From Squalus acanthias (taxonomy: Eukaryota): a stretch of 64,000 bases of DNA. The stretch is taken from positions 102,984,001 through 103,048,000 of the forward strand of contig CM059432.1 in assembly GCA_030390025.1 (NCBI GenBank), in the 5' to 3' direction. This document shows, piece after piece, positions 49,313 through 62,497 of this stretch; the stretch's first letter is position 1, and the number at the start of each line of letters is the position of its first letter. The position numbers and the translations under genes are program-made. The notes beneath the pieces were generated by a model, which saw nothing but the letters and a program-made list of their open reading frames with translations, made no database searches and was not told the DNA's origin.

Positions 49313-52300
49313 ATTGTGTATTCCCTTTCCTTGTTAGCCCTCCCCAAATGCATTACCTCACACTTCTCCGGATTGAATTCCAATTGCCACTGTTCTGCCC
49401 ACCTGACCAATTTATTGATATCTTCCTGCAGTCTACAGCTTCCTTCTTCAGTATCAACCACACAGCCGATTTTAGTACCATCTGCAAACTTCTTAATCAT
49501 ACCCCCTATATTCAAGTCTAGATCATTGATATACACCACAAAAAGCAAGGGACCTAGTACTGAGCCCTGCGGAACCCCGTTTTGAATCCAACTTGACACT
49601 TTGCCCTGGATCCCATGGGCTTTTAACTTCGTGACCAGTCTGCCATGTGGAACCTTAGCAAAAGCCTTGCTAAAGTCCATATACACTACATCAAATGCAT
49701 TACCCTCATCTACCCTCCTTGTTACCTCCTCAAAAAATTCAATCAAGTTTGTCAGACACGACCTTCCCTTAACAAATCCGTGCTGACTATCCTTGATTAA
49801 TCCGTGTCTTTCTAAATGAAGATTTATCCTGTCCTTCATAATTCTTTCCAATAATTTTCCCACCACCAAGGTTAGGCTGACTGGCCTGTAATTACTCGGT
49901 CTATCCTTTTCTCCCTTTTTGAACAAGGGTACCACATTAGCAGTCCTCCAGCCCACCGGCACCACACCTGAAGCCAGAGAGGATTGAAAAATGATGGTCA
50001 GGGCCTCTGCTATTAGCTCCTTTGCTTCGCTTAACAGCCTGGGATACATTTCATCCGGGCCTGGGGATTTATCCACTTTTAAAGCTGCTAAACCCCTTAA
50101 TACTTCCTCTCTCACTATGTTTATTTCATCTAATATTTCACACTCCTCCCCCCTGATAGCAATGTCTGCTTCGCCCCTCTCCTTTGTGAAAACAGACGCA
50201 AAGTATTCATTAAGAACCCTACCGACGTCTCCCGCCTCCACACACAGATTACCCTCATGATCTCTAATAGGCCCTACCCTTTCTTTAGTTATCCTCTTAC
50301 TCTTAATATATTTATAAAACATATTTGGGTTTTCCTTGATTTTACTTGCCAAGAATTTTTCATGCTCTCTCTTTGCTTTCCTAATATCCTTTTTAATTGC
50401 ACCCTGCACTTTCTGTACTCCTCTAAAGATTCTGGAGTATTTAGCCCTCGGTATCTGTCATACGCCTCCCTTTTTTTCTTTATCCTACCCTGTATGTCTC
50501 TAGACATCCAGGGGGCTCTAGATTTGTTAGTCCCACTTTTTTTCTTTAAGGGCACATATTTGGTCTGAACCCTCCGGATCTCCTCCTTGAATGCCTCCCA
50601 CTGCTCTGACACTGATTTACCTTCAAGTAGCTGTTTCCAGTCCACTATGGCTACATCCCCTCTGAGCTTAGCAAAATTTGCTTTTCCGCAATTTAGAATT
50701 TTTATTCCTGATCTATCCTTGTCCTTTTCCATAACTACCTTAAATCTAACAGAATTATGGTCACTAGCATCAAAATGCTCCCCCACTGATAAGCCTTCTA
50801 CCTGCCCAGCTTGATTCCCTAAAACTAAGTCCAGAACCGCTCCCTCCCTTGTTGGGCTTGCTACATACTGGTTAAAAAAGTTCTCCTGGATGAATTTTAG
50901 GAATTCCGCACCCTCTATACCATTCACACTAATTTTATCCCAGTTAATATTGGAATAGTTGAAATCCCCTACTATTACTGCCCTATAGTTTTTGCACTTC
51001 TCAGAAATGTGTCTACATATTCGTTCTTCTATCTCCCCCTCACTGTTTGGGGGTCTGTAGTACACTCCTAGCAGTGTGATCGCCCCTTTTCTGTTTTTCA
51101 ATTCGACCCATATGGCCTTGTTTGATGATCCCTCCAACATATCATCCCTCCTCACAGCTGTAATAGTTTCTTTAATCCCTTTTTACCTCTCTCTCTATCC
51201 CATCTGAAAATCCTGTAACCAGGAATGTTGAGCTGCCATATCTGCCCCTCTTTCAGCCACGTCTCTGTAATAGCTATAATATCATAGTCCCAAGTATCTA
51301 CCTGTGCCCTCAGCTCATCTGCCTTGTTCGCTATACTCCTTGCGTTGAAGTATATACCATTTAGTACAGGCAAACCTCTTTGTTGACTACTATCTAGCCC
51401 TTGATTCCTCTGTCCTTCCAATTTACTTTCTACGTTTTTGTTTTCCAATTCCAGTTTTTCTTCCCTCCCTATTGACTCTACACTTAGGTTCCCATCCCCC
51501 TGCCAAGCTAGTTTAAACCCTCCCCAACAGCACTCGCAAACGCTCACGCGAGGATATTGGTCCCGTTCCCGTTGAGGTGCAACCCATCTGGCTTGTAGAG
51601 GTCCCACCTCCCCCAGAAATGGTTCCAATTCCTCAGGAATCTAAAGCCCTCCCTCCTACACCATCTCTCCAGCCACGCATTCATCGGCTCTATCTTCCTA
51701 TTTCTGTACTCACTAGCATGTGGCACTGGTAGTAAAGATTACTACCTTTGAGGTCCTGCTTTTTAACCTCTTTCCTAGCTTCCTAAACTCTGCCTGCAGG
51801 ACCTCATCCCTCTTCCTACCTATGTCGTTGGTACCGATATGGACCACGACCTCTGGCTGTTCACCATCCCCCCTCAGAATGCCCAGCAGCCGTTCAGTGT
51901 CATCCTTGACCCTGGAACCAGGGAGGCAACATACCATCCTGGAGTCACGTCTGCGGCCGCAGAAACGCCTGTCTGCTCCCCTAAATATTGAATCCCCTAT
52001 CACTATTGCTCTCCCTCTCCTCTTCCCCCCCACCTGTGCAGCTGAGCCTTCCATGGTGCTGTGGACTTAGCTCTGGCTGCACTCCCCAGAGGAACCATCG
52101 CCCTCACCAGTACTCAGCACCGAATACTGGTTGGTGAGCAAGATGTGCTCAGGGGACTCCTGCACTATGCCTGGTCCTCCTCTTCTGTCTGACGGTCACC
52201 CATTCCCTCTCTGCCTGCACACTCTTAAGCTGTGGGGTGACCATCTCCTGAAATGTGCTATCCACGTAGCTCTCAGCCTCTCAGATGCACAGCAGTGACT

Positions 52301-52562
52301 GCAGCCGCCGCTCAAGCTCCGTAACCTGGTGCTCGAGCTGCTGTAGCTGGCGACACTTCACGCACATGTGGTCGTCCAGACCACGGGAGGTGTCCAGGAC
52401 TTCCCACATGGCACAGGATGTGCATTCCATGAGTGTGAGCTGCCCTGCCATACCTCTAATTCTACCTCTACCTCTAGCTGGAATAAACTTAAAACTTTAA
52501 GAAAGCCAAGTAAAAACACTTACCAGATACTCACCAATCAACTCCCTCTTTTTGAACGTTTA

Positions 52563-53455
52563 GGGGTAAAAATTCAGTTGGTTGCGCCTCCCGTTAGCGC
52601 CTTAAGAGGGCGCTTAAGGGGCGCAAAGCCGCTAACGCCCGGGCGCAGCGATGTTTGCGCCGCTTGGGAACTTAACTTGACATTGTGCGGCGGCACTAAA
52701 ACTTACCGCTGCGACCACCTGCGCGCGCAGATTGTGATGTCATTCCATGGTGCAATGCCCTTGTGGCGCCCCAGAGCGGAAATTGAGTGGCGCCCCCTGC
52801 CTTACCGCCTGGCACTTCCAACGACCAGAAGACTGGAACGCTATCAATCGCTGTGGGGCTGGTGGTGGCGCTATTTAAAGGGGGCCTCTTCCTGTCTTTT
52901 ATTGTTGGTGGCATTTTTGAACTACGCATTCTGAGAGAGAGAGGGAGAGACTTCTGGAGAGATTCAACGTTGTGTGAAGGAGTTTTGGGTACTGAGCAGC
53001 ACTTTGCAGGTTCATTTTGATTTGCCATTCCTTGTATCGATTTAGCAGAGACTGTGGGAGCTGCACTCTGAGCTCTTTGCCTGGTACTCTCCATTGTTCT
53101 TTCCAGCACATTTGATGTGCAAGTCTCTCCAGGCCGAGATTCAAGGCTGCAATGAACAGGATGTGGATGGAAAGCAAGATTAACCATCCCCTTTAAGAAC
53201 TGGCCCGTGCCATTGTGTGTGTGTTCCATTGCTGACTGACATTACATGAGCTTCGCCAGCGCTCTGAGTTAGCGCCTCACTCCTTGGCCTTTGCGCCTTA
53301 AGACAGGTGTGCAGCGCCTGCTTTAGCGCTCCACTCACCTCCCGGGGCGGTAAAAGTGAAGTTTCCAGTCAGTGCCGATAATTAGCGCCAGGCGCTAATA
53401 TTTGCGTCCAGACGATATTTGCGCCCCAAATGGGGCGCGACCTAATTTCTACCCC
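52563..53455. mobile_element. Harbinger-type MITE in the CR1 5' UTR
   Basis: TIRs GGGGTAAAAATT / AATTTCTACCCC; TSD TTA (52560-62, 53456-58). Confidence 0.9.
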
Positions 53456-53569
53456 TTAGTTTTTAATCCCGGCTCTTAATTTAAAACCAATGCCCAAGAT
53501 AACGAGAGAAATACTGACCAACCAATCACTTCCCTGCTTTCCTGTGACATCACTCCTTGTTTTTGTTGT

Positions 53570-53950
53570 CTCTCGGGCCTCGCTCTGCCGCGCTCTTTAT
53601 ATCCTCAGGCTCCGCTCTCGCTCCCTCTCAGGTCTGCTGCCTCCGCTCTCGGGCCTCGCTCTGCCGCGCTCTTTATATCCTCAGGCTCCGCTCTCGCTCC
53701 CTCTCAGGTCCGCTGCCTCCGCTCTCGGGCCTCGCTCTGCCGTGCTCTTTATATCCTCAGGCTCCGCTCTCGCTCCCTCTCAGGTCCGCTGCCTCCGCTC
53801 TCGGGCCTCGCTCTGCCGCGCTCTTTATATCCTCAGGCTCCGCTCTCGCTCCCTCTCAGGTCCGCTGCCTCCGCTCTCGGGCCTCGCTCTGCCGCGCTCT
53901 TTATATCCTCAGGCTCCGCTCTCGCTCACTCTCAGGTCCACTGACTCCGC
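53570..53950 (-). repeat. Five 76-bp monomers at the CR1 5' end, each with a TATA-like GATATAAAG
   Basis: TCTCGGGCC recurs at 53571, 53647, 53723, 53799, 53875. Confidence 0.95.
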
Positions 53951-54099
53951 TTAGAAAATGTAGGAGTTTGTTTTGAAATCCACGGGTGGGAAATTACAGG
54001 AAGCGTGCCCACAGTTTTGTAATGCCCTCCAGCTGCATGTAAGGTCTTGCTGGTATTATGGGGTCCCATAAGATGTACCCCATATAGTTCAAAGACAAT

Positions 54100-54284
54100 G
54101 GGGTAATTTTGACTTTGGGCAAGAGTGTAAAACAGGCGATATCGGATAAGGTGCCCGTTATACATCGCTCCCGATTTTCACCTCTGTTGACTTCAATGGA
54201 AATGAAAATTGGGAGAGATGTATAATGGGCAGCTGGACAAAACCGCGGGGTTTTACACTATCGCCCAAAGTCAAAATTACCCCC
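54100..54284. mobile_element. Palindromic mini-MITE (~185 bp); half copy at ~55503-55598
   Basis: GGGGTAATTTTGACTTTGGGC...GCCCAAAGTCAAAATTACCCC; TSD AAT. Confidence 0.85.
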
Positions 54285-54659
54285 AATGTTAGAGGTTAAC
54301 AATCACTTAAGAAATATGATAGTTGTTGTTGCACTGTTTTTTCCTTTGGTTTAATTGCTTTATTTATTTTAATGGATTGCCTATTGTTACAATAGATGTA
54401 ACAGAAAGTACTGCCCTCTATCATTATGACGTTTTTGGGGAGAATCAGCAGTGCCATTTCTGCCATGCATTGGGCTTGACAGTCACCTGCTGAACAACAA
54501 TGTCATGCCCAGCAGTCAGAACATCACACAGTCTGTCTCTCTCTTGCCCAATGTCTGCCTTTGTAAGTATAGCAGATCGTTCCTGTTCTTGCAGCAAGAG
54601 TCAGTGAATGAGTGAGACTGCATGGTAGTGCTAACCTTTGCTGCCGTGTGACACCAGAT

Positions 54660-54825
54660 GATTCCTTGCAGTAGTCTCACTTGGTGTTTGGATGACCTGC
54701 TGTGCACAAAATAGCTGCTGACTTTCTTGTTTGACAACAGTAACTGCACATTGTAATTCATTCAATGTGAAGCACAAAGGGGCATTTCTAAGAGATGTGA
54801 TCAGGTGGTATATAAATGCAAATTC
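54660..54825 (+). mobile_element. Old SINE 3' part with L2-type tail (DeuSINE-like)
   Basis: CTGCTGTGCACAAAATAGCTGC...TATATAAATGCAA. Confidence 0.4.
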
Positions 54826-54826
54826 C

Positions 54827-55500
54827 TCATAGAATCACAGCATCATACAGCACAGAGATGGCCATTCGGCCCATCATGCCCGTGCCAGCTCTTTGAAAGA
54901 GCTATCTGATTAGTCCCACTCCCCTGCTCCTTCCCCATAGCCTTACACATTTTTCCTTTTTAAGTATTTATCCAATTTCCTTTTGAAAGTTACCATTGAA
55001 TCTGCTTCCACCATTCTTTCAGGCTGTGCATTCCAGATCATAACAACTCGCTGCATAAAAACATTTTTCCTCATCTCCCCTCTGGTTCTTTTGCAAATGA
55101 CAAATCTGTGTCCTCTGGTTACCGACCCTCCTGCCAGTGGAAACAGATTCTCCTTATTTACTCTACCAAAACCCTTCATAATTTTGAACACCTTATGAAA
55201 TCTCTCCTCTTAACCTTCTCTGCTCTAAGGAGAATACTCCCAGCTTCTCTAGTCTCTCCACATAAATAAAGTACCTCATCCCTGGTACCAAATCTCCTTT
55301 GCACCCTCTCCAAGGCCTTGAAATCCTTCCTACAGTGCGGTGCCCAGAATAGAACACAATACTCCAGGTGAGGCCTAATCAATGATTTATAAAGGTTCAG
55401 CATAACTTCCTTGCTTTTGTATTTTATGCTTCTATTTATAAAGCCCAGAATCTGTATGCATTTTTAACAGCCTTATCAACTTATCCTGCTACCTTCAAGG
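54827..55500 (-). mobile_element. CR1 3' fragment, disrupted
   Basis: LYKSLIRPHLEYC, TRGH. Confidence 0.85.
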
Positions 55501-55968
55501 ATAACTTCAATGGAAATGAAAATCGGAAAAACTGTATAACAGACAGCTGACCCAACATTGCCTGTTTTACACTATCGCCCAAAGTCAAAATTACCCCCAA
55601 TGTGTGATGGCACATAAGCCCTTTCCGGTCTGCAGCATAATTCTGTAGTACTGGTTGGTTACAATGTTATTCCTAATAGTTCCTACATTTACAGTCTGAG
55701 TTTGGTTGTGAAGCATAGGAATGTAATCAGCATTCTGCCAATGTTAAATTGCTGACTCTTCAATAGAAGGATGGTTTCTGCAAGGAGACAGAATAGTAAT
55801 GCAAAAGTGTGAACTAACCCCCACACTCTTTTTGTCTATCTCTGTTTGCCTTTGATATCAGCATGCAGAGTACCAATAGAGTTTGATGAAGGCAGGCCTA
55901 TACTTTTTGTTTTATTTCATCCCTAGAATGTGTAACAATATCCTGTTAAGCCATGTATAGCACTGTAA

Positions 55969-56180
55969 TCTCTACCACAGAAGGCAGTTGAGGCCAATTC
56001 ATTAAATATATTCAAGAAGGAGATAGATACATTTCTTAAGGCTAAAGGGATCAAGGGATATGGGGAGAAAGCAGGGACAGGGTACTGAATTTGGATGATC
56101 AGCCATGATCTCATTAAATGGCGGAGCAGGCTCGAGGGGCCGAATGGCCTACTCCTGCTCCTATCTTCTATGCTTCTATG
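55969..56180 (+). mobile_element. CR1 3' stub nearly identical to 28999-29210
   Basis: 3 mismatches seen by eye; flanked by TGTAAT direct repeat. Confidence 0.9.
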
Positions 56181-56605
56181 TAATGAGCATATTACCTGCA
56201 GAGCAACATGTGCTGTATTGTGCCAGAAAATAGAATTATTCACTAGACCATATGTTTGTTGTTTCTACATCTGTCCTGCGCTCCATTCAAAGCCTGGCAG
56301 GGGTTATGATAAATAAAGTCACCGTTACATTTAATATCCTGAACAATTTTAATGACAGAGAAATGCTTCTGACAATTTGCTGTGTACCATTAGAATAGTA
56401 AACCAAGTGTTAGAAGTCAAAACAACTTGACTGCAAATAGCCTTCAGTACACAATGTAGTCTGCATCACATGTCTAATCTCTCTGCCTTCACAGGCCACA
56501 GAGGTGCATACCATAAACCTTCGGGGGGCCATATGTAAAGTTTAACTCCAGGTTCCCATGAATTTGCATACGTCTCAAGTTGCTAATACTATCAGATCTT
56601 GGGTG

Positions 56606-56794
56606 GGGGGTTAATTTTAATGTTTATCACTGTGCAAAGAACGGATGACAGTGAATCAGCTGCCTATTTTACACCTCGTCTGATTTTCTCATCCATTGAA
56701 GTCAATAGAAAAGAAAATCGGGCGAGGTGTAAATCAGGTGGCCGATTCGCTATCACCCATTTTTTGCCCACTGATAAAAGTTAAAATTTTCCCC
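56606..56794. mobile_element. Palindromic mini-MITE related to 54100-54284
   Basis: GGGGTTAATTTTAA...TTAAAATTTTCCCC; central CCATTGAAGTCAAT. Confidence 0.7.
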
Positions 56795-57090
56795 TTGGTG
56801 TTCTGTTTTATAATTTATTCACCAGTGAGACAATAAATTTAAGAAAAACACTTTCCAAACTTCAGGCAGAATTCAACCAGGCCAAACCAGAATAAACAGC
56901 AATATCAAAGCCAATCTGACTCAGTTGCACGGACTGTGAGTGTCAGATTACCTGGGCTTAAGGCGCCGTATGTTTCCAACAGGCTGCCATTTAGATACTC
57001 CTGGTCTAAATGGCCTAATTACTGTCATTGACCCTGAGGTCTAATACGCACATGACTCTCACAACTTTTCGACAGTTACATTTGAATTAA

Positions 57091-58931
57091 TGGCCAGAAT
57101 TTTTACATTGCTGAGAGTGCGGGTTCGCAAGCAGGTCGGCAATTAAAAGCACTGAAATTCACCGCGCGTCGAGAACCCGCCTTCATCCCACCGACTTCTA
57201 CATTTAATGCTGGCGCGTTTCCCAGGCACGAACCCGCTTGGGAGAGGTGGGTGACCTCGTTGAAGTAGTCAACAGCTCGTTGAGAGACCCTTAAGAGGCT
57301 TTTTAACCTGACATTTCAGCTTTTACTGCTTGTGTACGGGATTCACGGACTTCCTGAAGCTCACCTGTAAAGGCAAGGCAAGAGCTCAATGGCCATTGTG
57401 CGAGTTCATTAAGTGACAGCTGGAAAAAGCACATAAAAACTCACACCTTACACCTGCTTCCTTGCCAAAGGGAAAGGCTCTTGCTGACACCATTTTGTGC
57501 AGAGATTTTGCTTTCAGGAGTTTGCAGGTGATTTCTGCAAACTCAGAAACCACTCTAACCACATTGCAAGTCACTCTCACTACATTGGAGGATTGTGCCT
57601 CTGATCTCCACTTTACCTGCCATCTATCAGATCAGAACGGGTGCCGTTTATACTGTCTCACCTTGGACCTCAAATTTGGGGTTACGGGGAGCGGGCAGGA
57701 AATTGGACATGAGGCTGAGTTCGGATCGGTCAGGGCCCTGTGGGTGGCAGAGCGGGCCCAGGGGCTGAGTGGCCGGGTCCTGCTCCTACTTCTTGTGTTC
57801 TTTAGATTTGAGGTTAGGATCAGATCAGCCATGATCTTATTGAATGGTGGAGCAGGCTCGAGGGGCCGATTGGCCTACTCCTGCTCCTATTTCTTATGTT
57901 CTTATGTTCTTATGTTCTTATGAGCCCCAGCACCAACAACGCCAGCAACACAAGCAGCAGCAATAACAACACCAGCAGCCTTCTCCTCAACGACGTGATG
58001 CTCCACAGAAGAGAGGGGATCAGCACAGGGGTGCACCTCACCAGAGGCGATACCCCTATCACAGGGTATACAGGCAGAGGATGAGCTCCCTGGACATGAT
58101 TGAACAGCAGTGCTTCAGGAGGCTCAGGCTATCACGCCAGGTCGTGGCAGACATTTGTAGTTTGCTGGAAGAAGACCTGCTGCCGAGTGGACCTGGTGGA
58201 CCTGCCTTACCTGTGACTGCCAAAGTCACCACCGCCCTCAACTTCTTTGCCTTAGGCTCCTTCCAGGGATCTGCAGCAGACATTTGCAGAATCTCGCAGT
58301 CGGCCGCCCACAGATGCATCACTTCGGTGACTGATGCCATGTTTCACAAGTCAGGCACTTATGTACAATTTGTCACTGATGAAGCCAGTGTTACTGAGCG
58401 GGCGCTCGGCTTTGTGGCTCTAGCTGGCTTCCCACAGGTGCAGGGCGTCATCGACTGCACACATGTGGCCATCAAGGCACCCAAGATCACCCAGGAGTGT
58501 TCGTGAACCAGAAGGACTTCCAGTCCCTCAATGTGCAGCTCGTCTGCAACCACAAAAAGATCATCATGCTTGTGTGTGCCAGATTCCCAGGGAGCTGTCG
58601 TGACTCTTTCATCCTGTGCCAGTCCACCCTCCCTCAGCTCTTCGCACCTCTGAATAGCCCTTGTCACCAAGGAGCTACCTTGTCACCAAGGTAGCTCCTT
58701 GGTGACAAGGGCTACCCACAGAAGACATGGCTGATGACAACTTTGAGGAGGCCAAGTAATGAGGCCAAGGAACGCTATAATGAAAGCCACATGATGACCA
58801 GATATGTCATAGAGCAAGCAATCAGCATGCTGAAGATGCACTTCAGCTGCCTTGACAGATCTGGAGGAGCCATTCAGTATGCACCAGCCAGGGTCTCCAG
58901 AATCATCGTCGTATGCTGCGCGCTGCACAAG
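57091..58931 (+). mobile_element. Harbinger H5 left part with HARBI1-like nuclease pseudogene (~57640-58931)
   Basis: [49 protein letters not shown]; cut by Penelope + provirus. Confidence 0.9.
57678..57922 (+). mobile_element. CR1 3' stub with two tandem 3'-UTR units
   Basis: Diverged unit ending CTTCTTGTGTTCTT followed by canonical unit and (CTTATGTT)n. Confidence 0.75.
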
Positions 58932-58988
58932 GTAGACAGGCGACCGGAAGCTCAGGGTCATGTTTACGGACTGAACGGAGGTGTTCTG
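58932..58988 (-). mobile_element. Penelope GIY-YIG fragment (insertion target of the provirus)
   Basis: Minus strand encodes [17 protein letters not shown], matching 14867-14925. Confidence 0.75.
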
Positions 58989-60668
58989 TTTAAAGTTTTG
59001 CAATTATCGCGATTCAAAATAACACAAGAGAAGCAGATTCGTTTGATCAGTTTTATTAAACGAAATGCTGTCCTGATAATAAAGGACACAGAAGCCTGTA
59101 AAATGGCCGCCGCGCATCGTGGCAGAAGCTTCCAGAAACACAGTGGGCAGACAAAATGGCGTCGAATATACATTTAGTATAAGATTGGATCATACTCGGT
59201 AAACACTGATAAAGACAGGATGCAACCTGTTTGCATTTGGAACAATAGCAAAGATATAAGTGCTGGAATCGTTTTCCTATGCACAGAAAGGATCATTGTA
59301 CTGGGCAATCGAAGGCCCATCCAGACACATCAATACACAAATACCCCCACGGCTCTACAATGAGAGAGACATTGACGGGTGATTAAGCCGGTATTCGGGG
59401 GCCCCCAAAACCAGTCAGGGACAGATTCATACACATCCTGGCTGGGTCAACAATGGGGAAAACATTAACGGATAGTTGGCCAGTTTCAGATGCTACCCAA
59501 ACCCGTTAAAGAAGATAACCGCCCCATGCTGGGAGTTTTGAGCGCCAAATATTACACAAAGGACAAACATTAAGATTTGAGCGGGAGATAAGAGGACACA
59601 TCACTATAACTATAGAGAACAAATGTCCATCGGTCTCTTATTCTCCCGGCTGGCTCTTATCTCTGCTGACTCTTGACTCGGGCTGAACTCTTACTCTTAT
59701 CCTCTGGTACCGCTCTGCTGGACGAGCAGCCTCCTGATTTTCTCTCTGGACTTTGTTGACTCTTGACTCTTAGCCGCACTGGTCGGTTATTCAAGTGTTG
59801 GGTGGAGCTCAATCGGAACGAGCCGCCCCGACAAGGGCAAGTAACAGGGTACACCATCCCAAGTGTCGGTAAACGGTGTCTCGACCCGGAGGCCCGAGGA
59901 GACGAGACGAGAAGAAGTCGAGAAGAAGACGAGAAGAAATTCCACGTGCCGCCACGGTCAGTAAACCCCGACCGCGCCCAAAAATATAAATACAGGACTC
60001 TTCTTTGAGTTCTACCGACTACAACCTGTGTCGAGCACAGGAAGACTCTTCTTTGAACTGTGTCCGAGGTCCGTCGAGTTCTTCATGACAACAGGGAGTC
60101 TGGCCTGCTTTTCGCAGCAGCGAAAGTAAACAAGTGGGGTGCAGAGACCCTTCCAAACACGTGACAGTCAGGCGCTGCAGCGAAACGAGCCGAGTGCCTC
60201 ACTTTAAAAATCTCCGAAGTAACACGAGTGGTGAGCATGTTTTCCGATCCTACAAATCTAGACGTAGTGTAGGTATTATTAAGGGAGGGTGTTTTAATAA
60301 GGTTAAGATATCATGTGTTCCCCTTTCTACGATGTGCCGTGTGTTCTCCATTTCCACAGACCAAGCTTTATGAATGTATGTATACTTGTACTATCGTTGA
60401 TTTGCGCCTATGACATGTATTTCATGATTTTAGACGCCATGCAATAAAGATTTCCATTTCGTACTATTCAACCGGGTCTATTTGAGTTTTTCTCTGCATT
60501 ACTGCTCCCTGCACCTAAGTCCAGTGTTAGAACCGTAAGGGCGAGTGGGTCGAACCACTCACAGGTGCTTATTGCAAAAAGGCTGGCCGGAGACCAGAGC
60601 AAGCAACAGTATTAGGCAACGAAGGCCTAACCTCGCACCAGCACCGTCTGAGACACGCCCTCCTTACA
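58989..60668 (+). mobile_element. 5' LTR (1680 bp) of a retrovirus-like provirus
   Basis: TTTAAAG (TGTAAAG in other copies)...CTTACA; TATAAA 59985; AATAAA 60443; homologous to solo LTR 15459-17123. Confidence 0.95.
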
Positions 60669-60672
60669 GAAA

Positions 60673-62497
60673 ATGGTGACCGCGGCAGGACATCGGCAGC
60701 AGGAGAGTAATGTTTTAGACCCTGGTTTGAATCGGCGAAATGTGATGGATGAGAGGGTAGCCGACTATGTGTTTGGGAAGTTTAACTTGACCAAAAAGTG
60801 GATAAGTGACCTACTGATGGATAAGCGTCTGCTAGACGCCGCCATCAAATGGACAGGCAGTAAAGATCATAAGAAGTCGGTAGAGAAAGCGGTCTGGCTG
60901 ATGTGCTACAAGGAGCAAGTCCAACTTTCGGACCAGGTCATTGTAGCACAGGCAGCTCAGATCAGGGAATTGGAAGTTGAGATGGAGGAAAAGGTCACGG
61001 GAGGACAGAAACTCATTGCATCATTGAATGCGTTACATCAGGTACGCCAAATAGTCGCCAACCACCATGAGGCTAAAATTGATTACCTAGAATGTCAGGT
61101 CACGGAAGCAAAATTAAACGAGGGTAGGATTAGAGAACGGTGTATCCGCCTAGCTAACCAGATAAAAGCCCAGGAAGAAAACTTGAAGGGAGTTAGGGCG
61201 ACATACAAGATGGCCCTCGAGGATAGGCATGAGGGAGCCGACCACAGTGTTTGCCAGAGGGAGATAGAGAACCTAAGGGAGTCCCTGAGTAAGGCAAACG
61301 GCTTGGTGTGTCTCATCAGCCCGTCAGCGAGCCAGCCACAGGTGGGTAGGGAATTCCCAAAAAAATCCATACCGGAAAAAGCAGAAGAGGTATCTGCCAC
61401 TGTGCCCTCCGCGCCACCCAGCTATACGGCAACCTGGGTAAGGGAGGAAGTGGTGGAAATGGAGAAGAAGGTCCCCGAGGTAGGACAATCCCCGGAGGTA
61501 GCGTCGAGACCGGGACCGATGTGTCCGCTCCGAGGTCACAAGAGAGGCCCGAACGGGGACAATGGGGCAGACGGGGATATCCTGAACCAACTTGTATTGC
61601 CCCACAGCTAACACCAGCTGAGAGCAATGATCAGCCATGTACGGAAGCTGTCCAAGTCAGATGACCCTTCCGTACATTTTGGGAAGTAGAACAGACCGCA
61701 GCAATTAATGGCTGTGACGACGAGGAAAAGACCAAGATGTTGCTGTTCTCTTTAGATAGCTTGATCCTTTAGTGTCTCTCCGACGAGAGCAAGAAGGGAA
61801 ATAAAAGCTATGGGGATTTACGGGACGAGGTCCTAGAAGTGTTAGGGGCGGATGACGAGGGTCCGTTCGTCAGACTGGGTCAGACCGTACAGATGGAGGG
61901 AGAACCCCCGTGGGTTTTCACCGACAGACTGTGGCCAGTATACCAGCGTAGCTGCCCAGGTGCGCCACAGCGCGTCTACATGGACGGCGCCGGGAAAGCT
62001 CATTGGCTCAGGTGTCTAGTAGCCAACAGCTTGCCAGCCGTCAGGGAGCAAGCCAGAGCGTGGTTTGATCCCACTAACCCCGAGACAACGGAGGAATCTG
62101 TCCTGAGTCAACTCACCATAGGGTATCGGAACACTAGGAGCACGGGAGCGCGCCCCTTAAGGGAAAGGTGCATGAGGCAAAGCCCGCAGCTCCGGCTCAG
62201 AAAGAGTGGCATCAGGAGGGAAATCGCGCCCCACAAACCAGTGGTGTTTGTTACGGGTGCGGGAAGACAGGTTACTGGCATAAAAACTGCAGGAATCCCT
62301 GGAAGGACTCCAGGGACAAAGCTCCTGCAGTCCGAACCCAAGCGCCTGTCTCTGAGAAAGGAGCTGGTGTGCCTATCCATCCCGATGCGATAGAATCAAT
62401 GTTAGGAGCCATGCGGTCCCTTATGATTTCGCACGGGAGGGTGGCAGTTGTTACCGGCCCCACAGATGCCACAACCCCGTCCACCGGTACCCAATGA
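60673..62497 (+). pseudogene. gag: gag: N-terminal coiled coil, capsid MHR-like motif, one zinc knuckle; disrupted
   Basis: 312-aa heptad-rich ORF; QMEGEPPWVFTDRL; CYGCGKTGYWHKNC; stops and frameshifts at 61609-61790 and ~62160. Confidence 0.8.
60674..60690 (+). promoter_or_regulatory. Putative primer-binding site overlapping the first gag ATG
   Basis: TGGTGACCGCGGCAGGA 5 nt after the LTR end; tRNA identity uncertain (Ser-like 3' part). Confidence 0.6.

Larger units (their letters stand above)
47032..53950 (-). mobile_element. Full-length CR1 LINE (third family) with MITE inserts and tandem 5' monomers
   Basis: ORF1 zinc finger + esterase (~52450-51500); EN (ITETW, YYRPP, GDFN, SDH); RT with short in-frame deletion before GVPQGS; (ATTCTATG)n tail. 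Confidence 0.95.

Noticed and set aside
53490..53976. Repetitive 139-154 aa ORFs
   Set aside because: Translations of the 76-bp monomer array
58081..58931. Host HARBI1 or MSANTD/NAIF1 gene
   Set aside because: Multiple disrupted copies with TIRs and insertions; these are transposons, not domesticated genes
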